Source: Callorhinchus milii
Lineage: Eukaryota
Reading direction: 5' to 3'
NCBI RefSeq assembly: GCF_018977255.1
Contig: NW_024704743.1
Location: 61,072,001-61,136,000, forward strand
Length of the DNA stretch: 64,000 nt
This document shows positions 39,449 through 53,622 of the stretch, in pieces; the stretch's first letter is position 1, and each line of letters opens with the position of its first letter. The position numbers and the translations under genes are program-made. Under the pieces are notes generated by a model. The model saw only the letters and a list, made by a program, of their open reading frames with translations, ran no database searches and was not told where the DNA came from.

Positions 39449-39913
39449 AGCCCAAGACACTATAACTATGCAAGTTGCTGTTGTTTGTGGAACATTTCTG
39501 TTTCGCTCACAAAATGCACAGTCACACCACATGCGCCCATATCCCTAATCCATTTAAGTCCTCCTGTAGTCTCTTACCATCGTTCCATTCCAAGCACAGG
39601 GAAATCTCCATCTGTAGGTACATTACATGTATGGAACTGTCAGTATGAATATTGTAAACCATAGTGATAGGTTTCTGTATGTGTCAGATCCTAATCCTGG
39701 AGTAGTCTAGAAGACGTGAAAAGCTCTATATCAAATGCAAGGATTATTATTATTATTATTCTCACAATTCACCATACCTCCTAGCCTGGTATCATCCTCA
39801 AACTTGGGATATCGAATCAACAATATCTACAACAACTTGCATTTATGTAGCTCCCATCACGAGGGGTAGCGTTTCAGAGCACTTATATCTTACATCTTTA
39901 TTGTATATTTTGT

Positions 39914-40226
39914 GGAGTCCTGTAGCTCAGTGGTTAGAGCACTCGCCTTGCAAGCGAGACATCTGGGTTCAATTCCAGGCAGGGCGAAACCTTGGGCAAG
40001 TTTCCTTACTCCACACAGAGCCTAATAATAATCCCTCCAAAACAAAACAATAATAAATTGGTCATTTTCAATCCACGACTGTTTATGGGATATTGCTGTG
40101 CGCAATTGGCTGCCGCGTTTCGCCCACAAATATACAGCCAATTCACTTTACAGCATATTCTGTGAAGCGCTTTGAGACGTCTACAAGATATGAAAAGTGC
40201 TATATCAAATGCAAGGATTATTATTA
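39914..40226 (+). mobile_element. Young tRNA-derived SINE, same family
   Basis: Full head, body and tail. Confidence 0.92.
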
Positions 40227-41429
40227 CATTTGTTATTATATTATTTAATTTGTCATATGTGACCTTACAGAAGAAGGAAAGGGCAGAAACGTGAATTTAA
40301 AATGTCCAGCTATTTGCATATTGAGTTTGAATTGGAAAACGCATCATATATTAACTGAGAGAGAAGAGCTTCCCATTTTTAGTGACTGATCTGAACTCAT
40401 TAAAGCATGATCTTTCAGTCATTTTTCACTGTCTTTCAAAGTCATAATGTACGTAGTCAAAAATAAACTAGTTTGTTCCATTATTGTCAACACTGAAATA
40501 AATATATTGGGAATGCCCTGGAGTGCTGCAGAATAGCCAGCCTGGCTGATTTGCAGGAATTAAGAGATGCACACCAGTCACTGAACGGGGTGGGAGGGGG
40601 GAGGCAGGGATTTTTTTTTCTCACCTCCTGTTAACCCTGCAAGCTGAAGTCAAAATAGGTAACAGTCTGAGCTAGGCAACCACGAGGAAGCTTGTCAGAC
40701 AGCTGGATAAACTCCAGTGGTATCCTAGTAGATAAGTTGGGGTCCCCAATCCTTGGCTCTCACCACCTTCACCTAATATTCCCCAGAATTCTTTCATATA
40801 AATCTCTCATACAAAAATAAAGAATAAAAATAAATAAAATAAACAACATTGCTCCTATAGTATTACAAGTACAACAAAACCCATCCAGCCTTTATTACAC
40901 TGATTCTTTGAATACATGTTTCAGCCCAGTTACCATAAGCACATATTTTTCATATGTTGTACTTCATTACATTTCCAGGTGCCTTCCTCATAGAAAATAA
41001 TTTACATAATTATTTAAATCTCCTCCAGAAGTAGGAATAGTAATTTGACAGCAACAATGAGTGCAATGTCCTCAAATTTTGTTGAAAGACATTTAAAGTA
41101 ATAGAAACAGCAAGAAACCATAGCATTAAACTCCAAAATACAATATGGTAGTTTCTTATAACGGTGAGGATGGAACAGGTTTCTAGCACATTTTTATTGG
41201 CTTCAAACTCACTAGATTGGACATAAAATCAGTAATCAAATACAAGCATTATTATTATTAAAAGTAGTGTAAACATACAGTCAATACAAAATAACCTGAA
41301 TCATCCCTTTAAACGGATGTCTCTCTAACAATCCCATTCGTGCTTTATTCTATGTCTTTTTATACCAAGGGTGCAGTATACATCAGCCAGTACTGATGTA
41401 ACAGAATATCATAATGTCAGATAACAGCA

Positions 41430-43120
41430 AGAACAAAATTACATTTATAGAGCGTCTTTCAAGTCGGGAGGACGTCCCAAAGTGCTGAACAGTCAGGTGT
41501 CGGGGCCCGAGCATGGGGGAGGGGTGGTGTAGGGGTGAGGGAAGGCGGAGAGGAGGGAGTGAGACCAAAGGCATAGTTGAAGAGAAGGGTCTTGAGACCG
41601 GCTTTGAAGGAGGCACAGGGAGGAAGCGAGGCGAAGGGACCGTGGGATGGAGTTCCAGAGGGTGGGGGCAGAGAGGCTGAAAGCCCGGCCACCGATGGTA
41701 GCGCGGGTCGGGCATGAGGCATGGAGCAGGCCGGAGCCTGATGAACGGAGGGAGCGGGGAGGTTCGTAGGGAGTCAGCAGGTCAGAGAGGTGGGGGGGGC
41801 AAGGCCATGGATGACCTTAAAGGTGAGGACGAGGATATCGAACTCGATCCTCTGGGGGATGGGGAGCCAGTGGAGTCGGGCGAGGGTGGGAGTGATGGGG
41901 TGACGGATCCTGGTGCATGAGAGTACACGAGCTGCAGAGTTTTGGATGATCTGCAGCTTGTGAAGGGAAGAGTTGGGAAGGCCGAGGAGGAGGGAATTTC
42001 CATAATCGAGCCTTGATGTGACGAATGAGTGGGTGAAGGGCTCGGCAGCCTGAGGGGTGAGGCAGTGGCAGAGTCTGGCAATGTTGCAATTAGGAAGGCG
42101 AACGGTATGTTAGCATTCATTATGAAAGGATTAGAGTATAGGAGTAGGGAAGTCTTGCTGCAACTGTATTGGGCCCTGGTGAGACCACACCTGGAAATCT
42201 GTGTGCAGTTTTGGTCTCCTTATTTAAGGAAGGATGTACTTGCCTTGGAGGGGTTGCAGCATAGATTTACTAGGTTAGTACCAGGGATGAAGGGGATGAG
42301 TTACGAGGATAGGCTGACCAATTTGGCCCTATATCTCTAGAATATAGAAGAATTAGAGGGGATCTTAGAGAAACCCATAAGATCATCAAAGGGCATGATA
42401 GAGTAGATAGTGGGAGATTGTTTCCCCTGGTTGGAGAAACTAAAATCAGGGGTCACAACCTTAAAATCAGAGGCAGCCCTTTCGCGCTGAGTTGAGGAAG
42501 AAATTCTTCACTCAGAGGGCGGTGAATGTATGGAACTCACTACCCCAAAGAGCTATTGACGCTCAGTCCTTGAACATATTCAAGACTGAGATAGATAGAT
42601 TTCTTATTGCAAAAAGGATTAAGGGATATGGGGATAAGGCAGGGTCAGGTTGTTAGCTGGAGCTAGATTAGAAGATCAGCCATGATTGAATGGCGGGGCA
42701 GGCTCGAAGGGCCGAATGGCCTACTCCTGCTCCTACATGTTATGTTATGTTGCAGAGGTGGTGGTAGGCAGTGCCAGTCATGGCGCGGATGTGGGGGAGA
42801 AAGGACGGTTCAGGGTCAAACAAGACACCCAGGTTCCTGACTGGCTTAGTGAGGTTGAGTGTGCAGCCGTGGAGGCTGATGCTGCCAGCGCCTGAGGTGC
42901 GGAGGCGCTGGCACGAGCCAATCAGGAGGGCCTCGGTCTTGCTGACATTGAGTTGGAGAAAGTTGGGCCTCGTCCATGACTTGATGTCGGACAGGAAGTC
43001 GGTCAGGACCTCAGTAGTCCTGGAGTTCAGGGTGGAAGCAGAGAGGTAGAGTTGGGTGTCATCCGCATACATGTGGAAATTTATCCCATGTCTGCAGATG
43101 ACATCACCAATGGGAGATAA
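41430..43120 (-). mobile_element. L2 LINE fragment, interrupted by a CR1 at 42089-42746
   Basis: MYADDTQLYL...NFLQLNVSKTE...VRNLGVLFD; sequence is continuous across the insertion. Confidence 0.9.
42089..42746 (+). mobile_element. 5'-truncated CR1 nested in L2, with apparent ATGTTGCA target-site duplication (TSD)
   Basis: KANGMLAFI...LVRPHLE motifs; ATGTTGCA at 42081-42088 and 42747-42754. Confidence 0.9.
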
Positions 43121-44405
43121 ATTACTATTCCAACTTCTGGAAGATATTTAAATAATTACGTAAAAAATCACACTTTACAGCAAGTTGTCCCTTACTCACA
43201 TAATCCCATAATATGCAGTTTTAATAATAATCCTTGCATTTGGTATAATCCCTTTCATGTGGAGAGCACGTTTCAAACACATCACAGGATTTACTGCAAA
43301 GTGTAGTGATTATCTCAGCCATGAAGTGAATTATCTTCTTCCCCAGATCTACAATCTATAAAAGTGGACAAGAAAGCGGCACTTCCTTAGATCCAAGCTG
43401 CAATAAAATTTCACTTTCATTCTCATTTCTCTTCCTATTAGTCTTTTAAACTGCTTGCTTTAATACATTCATTTTTACAAAACTATATTTTAAATCATGC
43501 ATTCTACAAATAACATACTCAGCTCCTATTTTTAGTTTTCAATATTTATTTAGGAATAAGGCCAACCAGCTTGTGACTTCACTACTTGTTGGAATTGCAG
43601 CCGGCTTTTCTCACAGTATAAAATTCATAAACCACCGTTGGGAATTATATGTGCTCAATTTCTGTCTTGCATATTTAATAGAGAGCTAGAATGATCACTG
43701 GCAGCGAATGTATAGCAGTATGAGGAGTAAGTAGGAAGAATGCTGCATGTGTGAGTTAAATTGCTGAAATACTTTCTTCTGCTTTCAAAATAGGCACTTC
43801 CTTCTTCTCATTAAACAACCACAAAACTGATCTCCCCAATTTCTTTGCTGATAAATAATACAAAGCAGAATGAGAGAAATTCAGAAAAAGACTGAGTATA
43901 TTCTCAATCAGAACATTCTTCAGGTGAGCACGCAGCCAGATGTAAACCTTATGAACTTGTGTTTGATATAGAGCTTTATCGTGTTGAAACGTCTCAAAAT
44001 GCTTTTCACAGTTTATTTTCTATAGTGTAGTAACTGTATTTGTAGGTAAAAGTGGCAGCCAACTGCCAAACAACCATGAAATGAATGATTAGTTATATTT
44101 GGGAGATTGTTGGTCAGGACACCAGGAAAAACTTTTCTTTTCAAATAGTGCCAAGGGATCTTTCACGTTCATCTGAATAAGCAAAAATACTGTACCTTCT
44201 CCACACCATTCCTTATTGCAGCATGGGAAAGCCCAGTGAACTATTCTTATCCCAAAGCTGAAAAAAAAACTTTCTGTGGTTATCCTTCAGTTTTTAAAGT
44301 AATCACTTGGAAATTGAATAAATCTTAACTATTCTTGTGTGTGAAAAACATTTCTTCTAACCTCCCCATTTGCTCGTTTACTAACTATCTTAAATTGATG
44401 TCACC

Positions 44406-45600
44406 TACAACAACAACTTGCATTTATACAGCGCACTTCACGTGGGGTAGCATACCAGAGCACTTGACAGAGGTGGAGTCTGACACCGAGCCAGGAAGAG
44501 AGGAAGATGACTGTAAGCACAATCAAAAAGGAAGGTCTTTAGGCGGGTTTGAAAGTGGGGAGGGAGGGGACAAGGTGGAGGGATTAAGGGAGAGAGTTCC
44601 CAGAGGTTTGGAGTGTAGTGGCTGAAGGCATGGCGACTGATGGTGGAGCTGAGGGGACGGGGGCAAACAGGAGGCTGGAGCCAGGCTGCGGGTGGTGGAT
44701 TGGGGGGTAAGCAGATTGCATAGGTAGAGAGGTGCTAGGGCATGAAGGGATTTGAAAATGAGTGAAAGGATCTTGAAATCGATCCATTCAGTAACTGGGA
44801 GCCAGTGTAACCTGGCAAGGACTGGCGTGATGCGGGTACAGAGTTTTGTGCAGATGAGTATCCGGATGACGGAATTTTAGATTAATTGGATTTTGCGTAT
44901 GGTGGAGCTGAGGAGACCAGCGAGGAGGGCATTGGAATAGTCCAGCCGGGAAGTAACAAAGGTGTGGACGAGGGTTTCGGCTGCGTTGGTTGTGAGGTAA
45001 GGAGGCGGGCAATGTTACAGAGATGGAAAAAAATGGTCCTGGTCAGGGAACGGATGTGGGGTAGAAAGGGAAGCTGAGGATCGAACCTAAGCTGCGCATG
45101 TGTTTCGTGAGTCTGAGGGAGAGCACAAGGAGGTTGAGGAGCTCAAATTCGCAGGAGAGAAGACGTTGATGGGAGCCAAAGAGTAATATTCCGTCTTGCC
45201 AACATTCAGCTGCTGGAAATTTGCACTCATCCAGGCCTTGATGTCCATCAAACAAACTGACTGGACATCAGTGGACTGGGAACCTCAGCTGTAGGAGTAG
45301 AAGTAGATTTGGGTGTCAACCGCATACATGTGGAAGTTGACACCATGTCTGCGGATGACATCGCCAAGAGGAAGCATATAGATAAGAAAAATAAGGGGGC
45401 CAAGGCTGGACATGGCAAGGGCAGGAGGAAAACACACTTGTTGAGATGTATTGTTTGCAGTTTGTTAACCAAACGAGTGCAGTCCCACGAAGGTGGATGA
45501 GGGAGGAGAAGCAGTGGAGGAGGATGGCATGGTTGACTGTGTCGAACACGGTGGAGAAGTCCAGACGAGGCAGTCAGGCAGATGTTATTTACCTTTGAGA
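44406..45600 (-). mobile_element. L2 LINE fragment, degraded
   Basis: FDTVNHAILL and HMYA(V)DTQ remnants; tail at 44406. Confidence 0.85.
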
Positions 45601-48600
45601 TAAAGAAATCCAGGACCTCTTTCACACTTGGAATCGGAAGTTATTCTAGTTATGACTCACCTACCATTGGAAATAATTTCTCCCAATTGACTATTAACTT
45701 TATCAAAATACTTCTATCAGGTAAATACCTTCTTTGTTCAGTGGAAAAAGTCCCATATACTCCAGTTTCTGCTCATAGGCCATGGAGGGGTGACAAATTT
45801 TATTTGGGAAATTGTTGGCCAGAAACTCCATTTCCTTTCAAATAGTTCCATAGGATCTTTAACATCCACATGAACAGGCAGGCAGGGTCTTGGCTTAACA
45901 TCTCATCTGAAGTGAAAGTTTAAAGCATAGAAGCCATTCAATTTATAATCTTTATATGTTGGTTCTATCTCCTCCACTGAAGCTAGGTACTTTAATGCAT
46001 CTGTGCTCTGTAAAATGTTATGCTGTTAAGCATTGTTCTTTGGGTTAATGTGGGCTTATTACATTTTATATATACTTTTTCTAAAAGGTACAAAATAATG
46101 TATATATGATTAAGCGAAATCTTTGGTAGTTCTAAAGAGAGCTTGCAGAACTGCTTAAGAATATTGGATTTTGCTTTTGTTTCCTTTTATGTATATCATA
46201 CTCTCCAAGGACAGGGGTCTCAGTGTTGTTCTACATTTCTCATCCAGTGTCATGTCTCTGTTTCCCTTGCCAACCTTCGTCGTCGAATTAGAGAATGTTA
46301 CAGCACAGGAGGTGCTATACCAAATGCTAGGATTATTATTATTATGTTTGGCCCATCATGACTATGCTGGCGCTCTGAAAGAGCTATACATTTAATATCT
46401 CTTCCCTGGCCTTTTCCCAAACCGTTAATATTTTTCAAATACTTTTCCAGTTTAGTTTTTAAACTATTATGAATTTTGTTTCAACTATTCTTGTTGGTAT
46501 TATTTTAAATACTGCCAATCAATATCTAACAATGGACTATTTGGCACTGCAGTACATGCCAACTGAGAATTGGAATCAGTAACATTCAAATTTGCTAATG
46601 TAGGAAACTCACTGGCACCAGGCAAAGAATTATACCCTATCAGTCTGGGTTAGATTCAGACCCACCTCCCAGACTGAAAGGAAATGCTATTTTATAGAAC
46701 TGTGAAAAAATATCCCGTGTCTGTCATCAATGTTTTGAGCATTTGACTGAAACAGGGATCTTCCTTTCGTATAACTGTATCTGATCCAGTTCATAGTTTG
46801 TGTTTTCCCTTTTATAATATGATAGTGCGCTACACATCATTTTATGATTTAATTCGATTATAGAAAGTGAACCCTTGAAAACATGAAGGTAAACACAATT
46901 ACACAGATAAAGCTCAGAACTGATCAATACAGATTATCATAAAAATACACTGTTTCACCAAGCTAGTCATCTACTGAATTTTTGCAAAGCTTTTAAAATC
47001 CACAGTGATACACCAATAGAACTTTGTAGATAAGTAAAAATAAATGCATGTTTATGCAAAAATGCAAAGTTCTTGACTACAAAAGCTCTGTTTCAAGGCA
47101 CCTGCCAGCAATTAATAGTGTTTGTTGTCAAAATGCAGAATTAGCCAGCCATTGCATGATTGTCTTCAGTTTTCTTATATGGTCCAATACGTAGTATCCG
47201 ACTGGTGAATAAGGAAAATATAAGTTACGATAATAAGGATATGTGACAATTACAGTTTGATAGCCCAGTGTACTTAGAACACATTGAACTGTACATGTAA
47301 ATACCTTGAAAATATAATTGGCTGCACAGGCTGATCGTTCTTATGGAAAAATAACAGATTGTTTTAAGTTAAAGTTACAGGGAGGTGCATGTGCATTGGA
47401 GTTGAATAAATGCTCAATTGGCTAAATGGTGTCTAAAGTAAGCAACACTGGATGTAAATTGATGTTTCCAGCAGGGAACCTCATGTTCATTTGCAGACCC
47501 GTAATATCTTGGCTCTGATTCAAGCACCTATAATAATCCTTACATTTTATATAGCGCCTTTCACATCAGGAGGATATCCCAAAGTGCTTTGCAGGATATA
47601 CTATAAAGTGCAGTGACTGCTTTGTTGGGGACTGTTGCTGCCAATTTGCCAATATCCCACAAACAGCCATGGATTGAGTGACTAATTTTATTTCAATTCC
47701 ACTAGCACTTTCAACATCAGGTACTACTCTACCAACCTACACAGATCAATGGGCAGCAAACCCAAGGGAATTAAATCATTCTTTATGTTACATATAAATC
47801 TATCTCCAGGTTACATATTTAGTAATAATGCTTGTCCTGTCTTGGGGTTGCAAAAGACAATTTCAGATCAGATACCAGAAAGTGTTTCTTTACCCAGAAG
47901 GTAATAAATGACTGGAACAGATTGTCAGGAAGGATGGTTGAGGCTACAACACTGGATTAATTTTAAAAAAACACAGATTGGATGACAGTAAGGTAGGTAT
48001 TTTGGAGGGATGAGATCAGAGGTCTGAAGGGTCTTCTTCATTCAAACTTCTTGTGAGCTTGTGATGTCATCTGATAAGTATGGTCCGATTAATTTAAAGC
48101 AAAACATTTCCACTTTCAGGTTCAGGTTTTATGCTACAATACTGAAATTACTGTGTCTCAGTCATACTATTTTCATGTTTAAAAATCAGGAATGAATATC
48201 AAAACATTTGCCACATCATTCAGTGAAAAACCCACAAAACATCATTCTCTAATAAAAGCAATTTTTTTTTGTCTGTGTATTTTTCAATATACATTTACAA
48301 GTGCTTTCGGGCATCTTCCCGACATGAAGAATGCTACATAAATGTAAATTGTATTGTACACACACACATTTAACTATATTTTTTTCCATATTCTTGACCT
48401 GACAGACATATATCAACAAATTTAGTGTATGGGAATCAGAAGCCAAATATCTCCCATGTCCTGCAGTGATTTGAGAACCTGACTTCATCAACTATTTGAC
48501 CTCATGCTGTCCAGTGCCCTGGTCTGGATGTATCTGGAGAGTACCCCGTACAGTTCTGGTTGCTGTGGCAAAGGGGCTTTCTGAATACTTTCAGGTAGTC

Positions 48601-49368
48601 CAAGGCAGTAGGACAAGAGGGTAGAGGTTCAAGGTTCATAGGTTCAAGGCAGTAAAAGGCAATTTGAAGACAAGTAAGTAGCTCATTGATGTCACAGGCA
48701 CTCGTGCCCTTGCAGAACTATTAGGTACATGTATTTTTCTGCTCTCCTAATAACAATAGCAGCAGTCAGACGATACACACAATATTAGAAGACTTTGCTA
48801 CCCTCCTTATTTCTGACTCCACTGTTATTATTTCATTAACAGTCACCAGGAAACTAAATTTCTTATGACTTTTCACATGTGCGTGAGGGAATCTGACATT
48901 ATCTGGCTATTTAACTGATAGCATCAAACGTTCACACACATAAAAAATGTCATTGAGTCAAATCATTATGGAATGAGAACAACCTATGTGGAGGCAGCAG
49001 GACATCCAACTCCAAAAAGGGGGTTCTCAATTTCAGGGCTGGGAGAAATGGACCTTTCTCTTTCAGAGTTGCCTTCGGAGGTGGCTTGCCTCTGGCAAAC
49101 TCACAATGTAAAAGCAGCATAAGTGTCCCAAAGGACCAATTACAGTTCTCACAGCTACAACAACAAAGTATTCTTCAAGAAGAAGAGCATCTGGGAGTGC
49201 TGTACAGTGGTAGGGTTGGATGCTGAGTAAGAGAGAAGTGGGTGGATGACTAACTGACTAACTACTTGTATACACCAATCTCAACTCTATACGGTTCAAA
49301 ATAAAGAACTGGAAGATAACATAATGATTCAGCATTACTTTTACCTACTGTGACAGATGGTCAGGTCA

Positions 49369-49470
49369 TCAGAAAGTTTCTGGAGAATGGCAAATAACTT
49401 CATAAATAGTCGTGTGAAGATCTGGAGCTCGAATAAAGTCATACACAGTGCTTAATTTATCTGGTCGAGC
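49369..49470 (-). CDS. HEPACAM2: HEPACAM2 last coding exon (ARPDKLSTVYDFIRAPDLHTTIYEVICHSPETF*)
   Basis: TTCCAG acceptor, phase 0; DLHxTxYEVI motif; TGA stop at 49371-49369. Confidence 0.9.
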   Translation of the reverse strand, partial: ARPDKLSTVYDFIRAPDLHTTIYEVICHSPETF

Positions 49471-50654
49471 CTGGAATACATTAAATCATCAAAATATATT
49501 ACAACAGACTTCTTATTGATCAAAGGGAAAGGTCAAATTGGAATTTAACGTATTGCAAAATGATCTCTTAGTGTTTTAGTACAATGAAAAATGAACCAGT
49601 CCATGCTTTATATCACTCTTTATATCACTGGCTGTATCCATTGACCTGTTACTGTAAATCACAGGGAGGAATGTGTAAATTAGACCGAATGACAGTAAGA
49701 GGGTACTTAATAAGTCTTTATGAAAAGGAATTTCCACTAAAAAGTGTCCCAATGCGCCATTAAATAATATCTAATGAACATAGCAATAGTGGAGCCACTT
49801 GGAACCGAGCAACAAGCCATAGCAACAGTTCATATTGGACTGTATCAGCCACCATTGCTTAGTGCTGTGACTAAAATAAAAACTTTCCGAGAAATTGATT
49901 CAGTGTTTGCTTCCAGTACATCAAGAGAATAATGCAGGATACCTCAACAATTAGATTTGTAACTTTACATGCAGAGCACATTTAGTTGCTCAGGTTGCAT
50001 GTATCTCACAGACAATCCCTAGGTAGCTTTTCTCAGATGAGATATGATGGCCACATCACATCTCTTCCGCCTACGCTTACCCAAACATTAACAATACAAT
50101 AGCCAGCAGGTCCTACAGCTACATTATTGTTGAGGTGAGAGGAGCAATTTAAAAATGAACATCCACTTACTAACAATGTGCAATTATTAATGATAAACTA
50201 CTGTGATGTGAACAGGCTGACTTTATAATACAAAAAATCTCGATGTATAAAAAACATTTATGGGTATAATCGGATGCTGCAGAACGATACGCTATGATTT
50301 GAAATCAAGGTTTCCTTCAAGTTCATTTTCTAATAACAGGGGCCACTGCTTAGTAAGCAGCAGAAACCTTGGTAAAACAAAGACTTGTTGGCTGATGTTT
50401 CCTCACCCTTGTCCAGAAATACTTGTCAATGATAGTGACCCCCCCCCCACCCCACCAACCCGTTCCACTGAGTCAAGAAGGGAAGGATTATCGAAATGAA
50501 TGATGGAGGTTGAAAGGAGCAACACATTGTTGTTGAACCCTTGTTTCTTGAGAAGTAAGCAAGAAACCAACACAAATAACTAACACAGCTGCTTATTTAC
50601 ATCAACATAATAATAATACTTATATTTGATTTAACACCCTATCACATTACATCA

Positions 50655-51103
50655 ACAACAACAACAACAAATTGCATTTATATAGCGCCTTTCACATTGG
50701 GAGGACATCCCAAGGCACTAGACTGTCAAGGGTTTCCACCCGAGCTGGGGGTTTGAATCAAGGGAGGTGGAGAGGAAGGGGAGTGGAGTTTGAGAAAGAC
50801 TGAAGGCGTGATCAAAGAGGAAGAAGTTAATACAGGCCTTGAAGGAGGCAAGGGAGAGGGTGAGGTGAAGGGACTCCGAGATGGAGTTCCACAGGGTGGG
50901 AGCAGAAAGGCTAAAGGCCCAACTGCTGATGGCAGAGCGGAAAGGCCAGTGCCTGCTGAGCAGAGGGAGCGGGCAGGTTGGTAAGGTTGCAGAGATAGGG
51001 AGGGCAAGACTGTGGAGGGCTTCAAAAGTGAGGCCGAGGACCTTAAATTGGATCCTGTGAGGGATGGGGAGCCAGTGAAGTTGAGCGAGGTTGGGGGTGA
51101 TCA
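50655..51103 (-). mobile_element. L2 3' fragment
   Basis: LAQLHWLPIPHRIQFKVL motif; (TTG)n tail. Confidence 0.85.
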
Positions 51104-51277
51104 ATTCACAATATATTCTGTGTAGCACTTTCAGATAATAATTCACTGACTTGTTGAATTGAATTGTTTCTCTCAAAATGAAAGGAAGCTGCTGTAGAAA
51201 GGCATGAAGCATCTTTAACTGTATACCTTTAACTGAATGCTGAGTTTCTAAGCACTCGGAGGGACAGAGATACCCAC

Positions 51278-51354
51278 CTGTTGAACCTGAGCTGGTTCTG
51301 GGACAGCCACAAATTCATATATTCCATAATCATCCATTGAAGATTCATGTGCCA
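51278..51354 (-). CDS. HEPACAM2: HEPACAM2 cytoplasmic exon (VAHESSMDDYGIYEFVAVPEPAQVQQ)
   Basis: 77 nt phase 1/0, TTTCAG/GTGGGT; DDxGIYEFVA motif. Confidence 0.9.
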
Positions 51355-52017
51355 CTGAAAACAAAAGAGTGACATTTAGAATGTTTGGAATGGTACAAAG
51401 TAGTGCATGTGAAGAGTTTGTTCTTTAACATCTCTATTCTTAAAATAAATTATAAAGAGGGATCGGGGTCTAAAATAAAGATTGGGCTACCTGTCCAGGA
51501 ACTATAAATCCAAACTATGTGTTTGATCCCATTGACTGAACTTTGCTTTGTGAGATATTGGAGACTTCTAAAAGTCAAAGGTGCCTTGTATTTTCAGCCA
51601 CTGCTTGAGAAGCTCCACCATCTTCTAGTACAGTATCATGTCTTTTTTAAATTAATCTAATGAGTCCTAGCCTTAAGCATCATCCTGATCATCCATTCCA
51701 GCTGTTGACTGCCATCTGTATAGAGAAAGACTTTGCGGTGTCTGGCTTCAACTTGCCCATCACAATGTGGAACTTGTAACCTTTTCTACCACTGTTTTGA
51801 CACATACACTATTGTTCTACTTTTACTTTGAGTATTGTACTTAGCATTTTACAAAGGTACTATATATGTACTGTCGATTAAGTTAAGATAAAATAGATTA
51901 AGACAGGGCTCTTAATTTTTGAAGGAAGCTGTGTCAGAGGAAATCTTAATGCTTGGTTTAACATCTCATCATAAGGACAAGCCATTAAGCACCAATTTAC
52001 TTGGTTCTGAGCATTAC

Positions 52018-52055
52018 CTGACATTTCATGTGCTCGGATGTATTCTATTGGTGAC
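52018..52055 (-). CDS. HEPACAM2: HEPACAM2 38-nt cytoplasmic exon (SPIEYIRAHEMS)
   Basis: TTGCAG/GTAATG bounded, phase 2/1; aligns to human PETEYRKAQTFS (recalled). Confidence 0.82.
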
Positions 52056-53597
52056 CTGCAACCCAATCAAAAAAAAGTGGAAGTAGCTTAACACAGGCAC
52101 TTAGTCAGAATTGAGAACAACAGATTTAGCCATCCAACAGCTTACCATCTCAAGATAACAAGAACACAAAATTAGTTCAGATCAAGAAGACCTTTTGTCT
52201 CATCTGATCTCATCACTTCAGAATACCCACACTACTGTCCTCACATCAAAGCATCAAACTGCTTTTTAAATGAGTCCAGTGGCCTGTAATGGGGTTAAAG
52301 CAGAACATCTCTAATGTGCATTCCGTTCCTGAATTGGGGAATGACTTCTGAGTAAATGGTAGAGCTCAAACCCAGTTGAAAATGTTTTTGGCTGCCACCT
52401 TAAATTACTGTTTAAAAGTCACCTGTCTCATGCTGCTTTTCATGATATCCATTTAGTTTAGTCATCCTGTAAAGTAGTATGGTGCGGCTGCAACCTAATG
52501 TTCAAAAGTTCAACTCAAGCCACCAAAAAACGTAAAGAACCACTTTATGCCATGAAGGCCTTGCTATATTTGTGGGTTACACCTTTTATCTTTGTAGGTC
52601 TCACCTGCCCAAGTCACTGTTTTTTTAAATAATCCATGTATTTAATATAGTGCGTATAATGATAATAATTTCATTCTTTTCCTATAAATAATGTTGAAAC
52701 ATCTCAAAGTATTTCACAATTTTTTTTCTATGAAGTGTAGTGATTGTGATTTAGAGAAAAAAACAATTTAAGAAAATAATCACATCCAGCAGTTAACTAT
52801 GATGATAATTCTTATAATTAATATAGAATCTTATTACTTCATCAATACATCTCAAAGCATTTCACAGGACATGACGTACAGTGATATGACTGTGTGTATC
52901 TTGTGGGCCAAAGTGGGAACCAATTTGTGCATAATATTTGAGGGACGCGGCGGTGGAGGGGAGCTGTCCAGCACCTTGGGAACATCCTCCCAATGTATAA
53001 ATACAATTTTTTGATTGTTGCCCCACAAACCATGGAGTGAGCGACCAATTTTACTTGGGGTATTGCTGGCCAAGACACCAGGGGAAACTCCCTTCTCTTT
53101 TCAAATAGTGTCATGGGATCCTTAATGTTTATCTGGACAGGCTGACGAGACCTCAGTTTAACATCTCAACCAAACAATGACACATCCGACAATGGAACAC
53201 ATCCTCAGCACGGCACTGGACTGTCAGCAAAGACTATATGAGTTCTAGTCCTGACTTGGAACTCGAACCCATAACCTTCTGACTCAGAGGCAAAAGTGCT
53301 ACCAACTGAGTCAGGATAAATAAATCACATCAGAAAAAAAGAAGTGGTCAAATTTGTGATATTCCTTAATGCAACATGCACATTCTGATGCACACCACTG
53401 AAAAGAAATAGTTAATTCAGATTTATTAGATCAAACATTTTACCAATTAACTCTCATCAAAAAAGGCAATTAGTGAAAATTGGTAAAATCTTACTTTAAT
53501 GGTTCTTAGCTGCAATATTCTCTAACAACTCAGAGATCTCATAAAAGTATACTCTATATATCTAAAATTAAGCGAAATTGAAAGTTGGAAGATTTAC

Positions 53598-53622
53598 CTG
53601 TGATACAGCTCCTGTCTGATAA
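53598..53622 (-). CDS. HEPACAM2: HEPACAM2 25-nt cytoplasmic microexon (VIRQELYH-R)
   Basis: TTACAG/GTAAAT bounded, phase 1/2; aligns to human VIKQKLEGR (recalled). Confidence 0.82.

Noticed and set aside
53495..53521. Alternative HEPACAM2 microexon (ttgttag...gtaag)
   Set aside because: No similarity to HEPACAM2; the 38-nt exon at 52018-52055 already gives the right phase and homology
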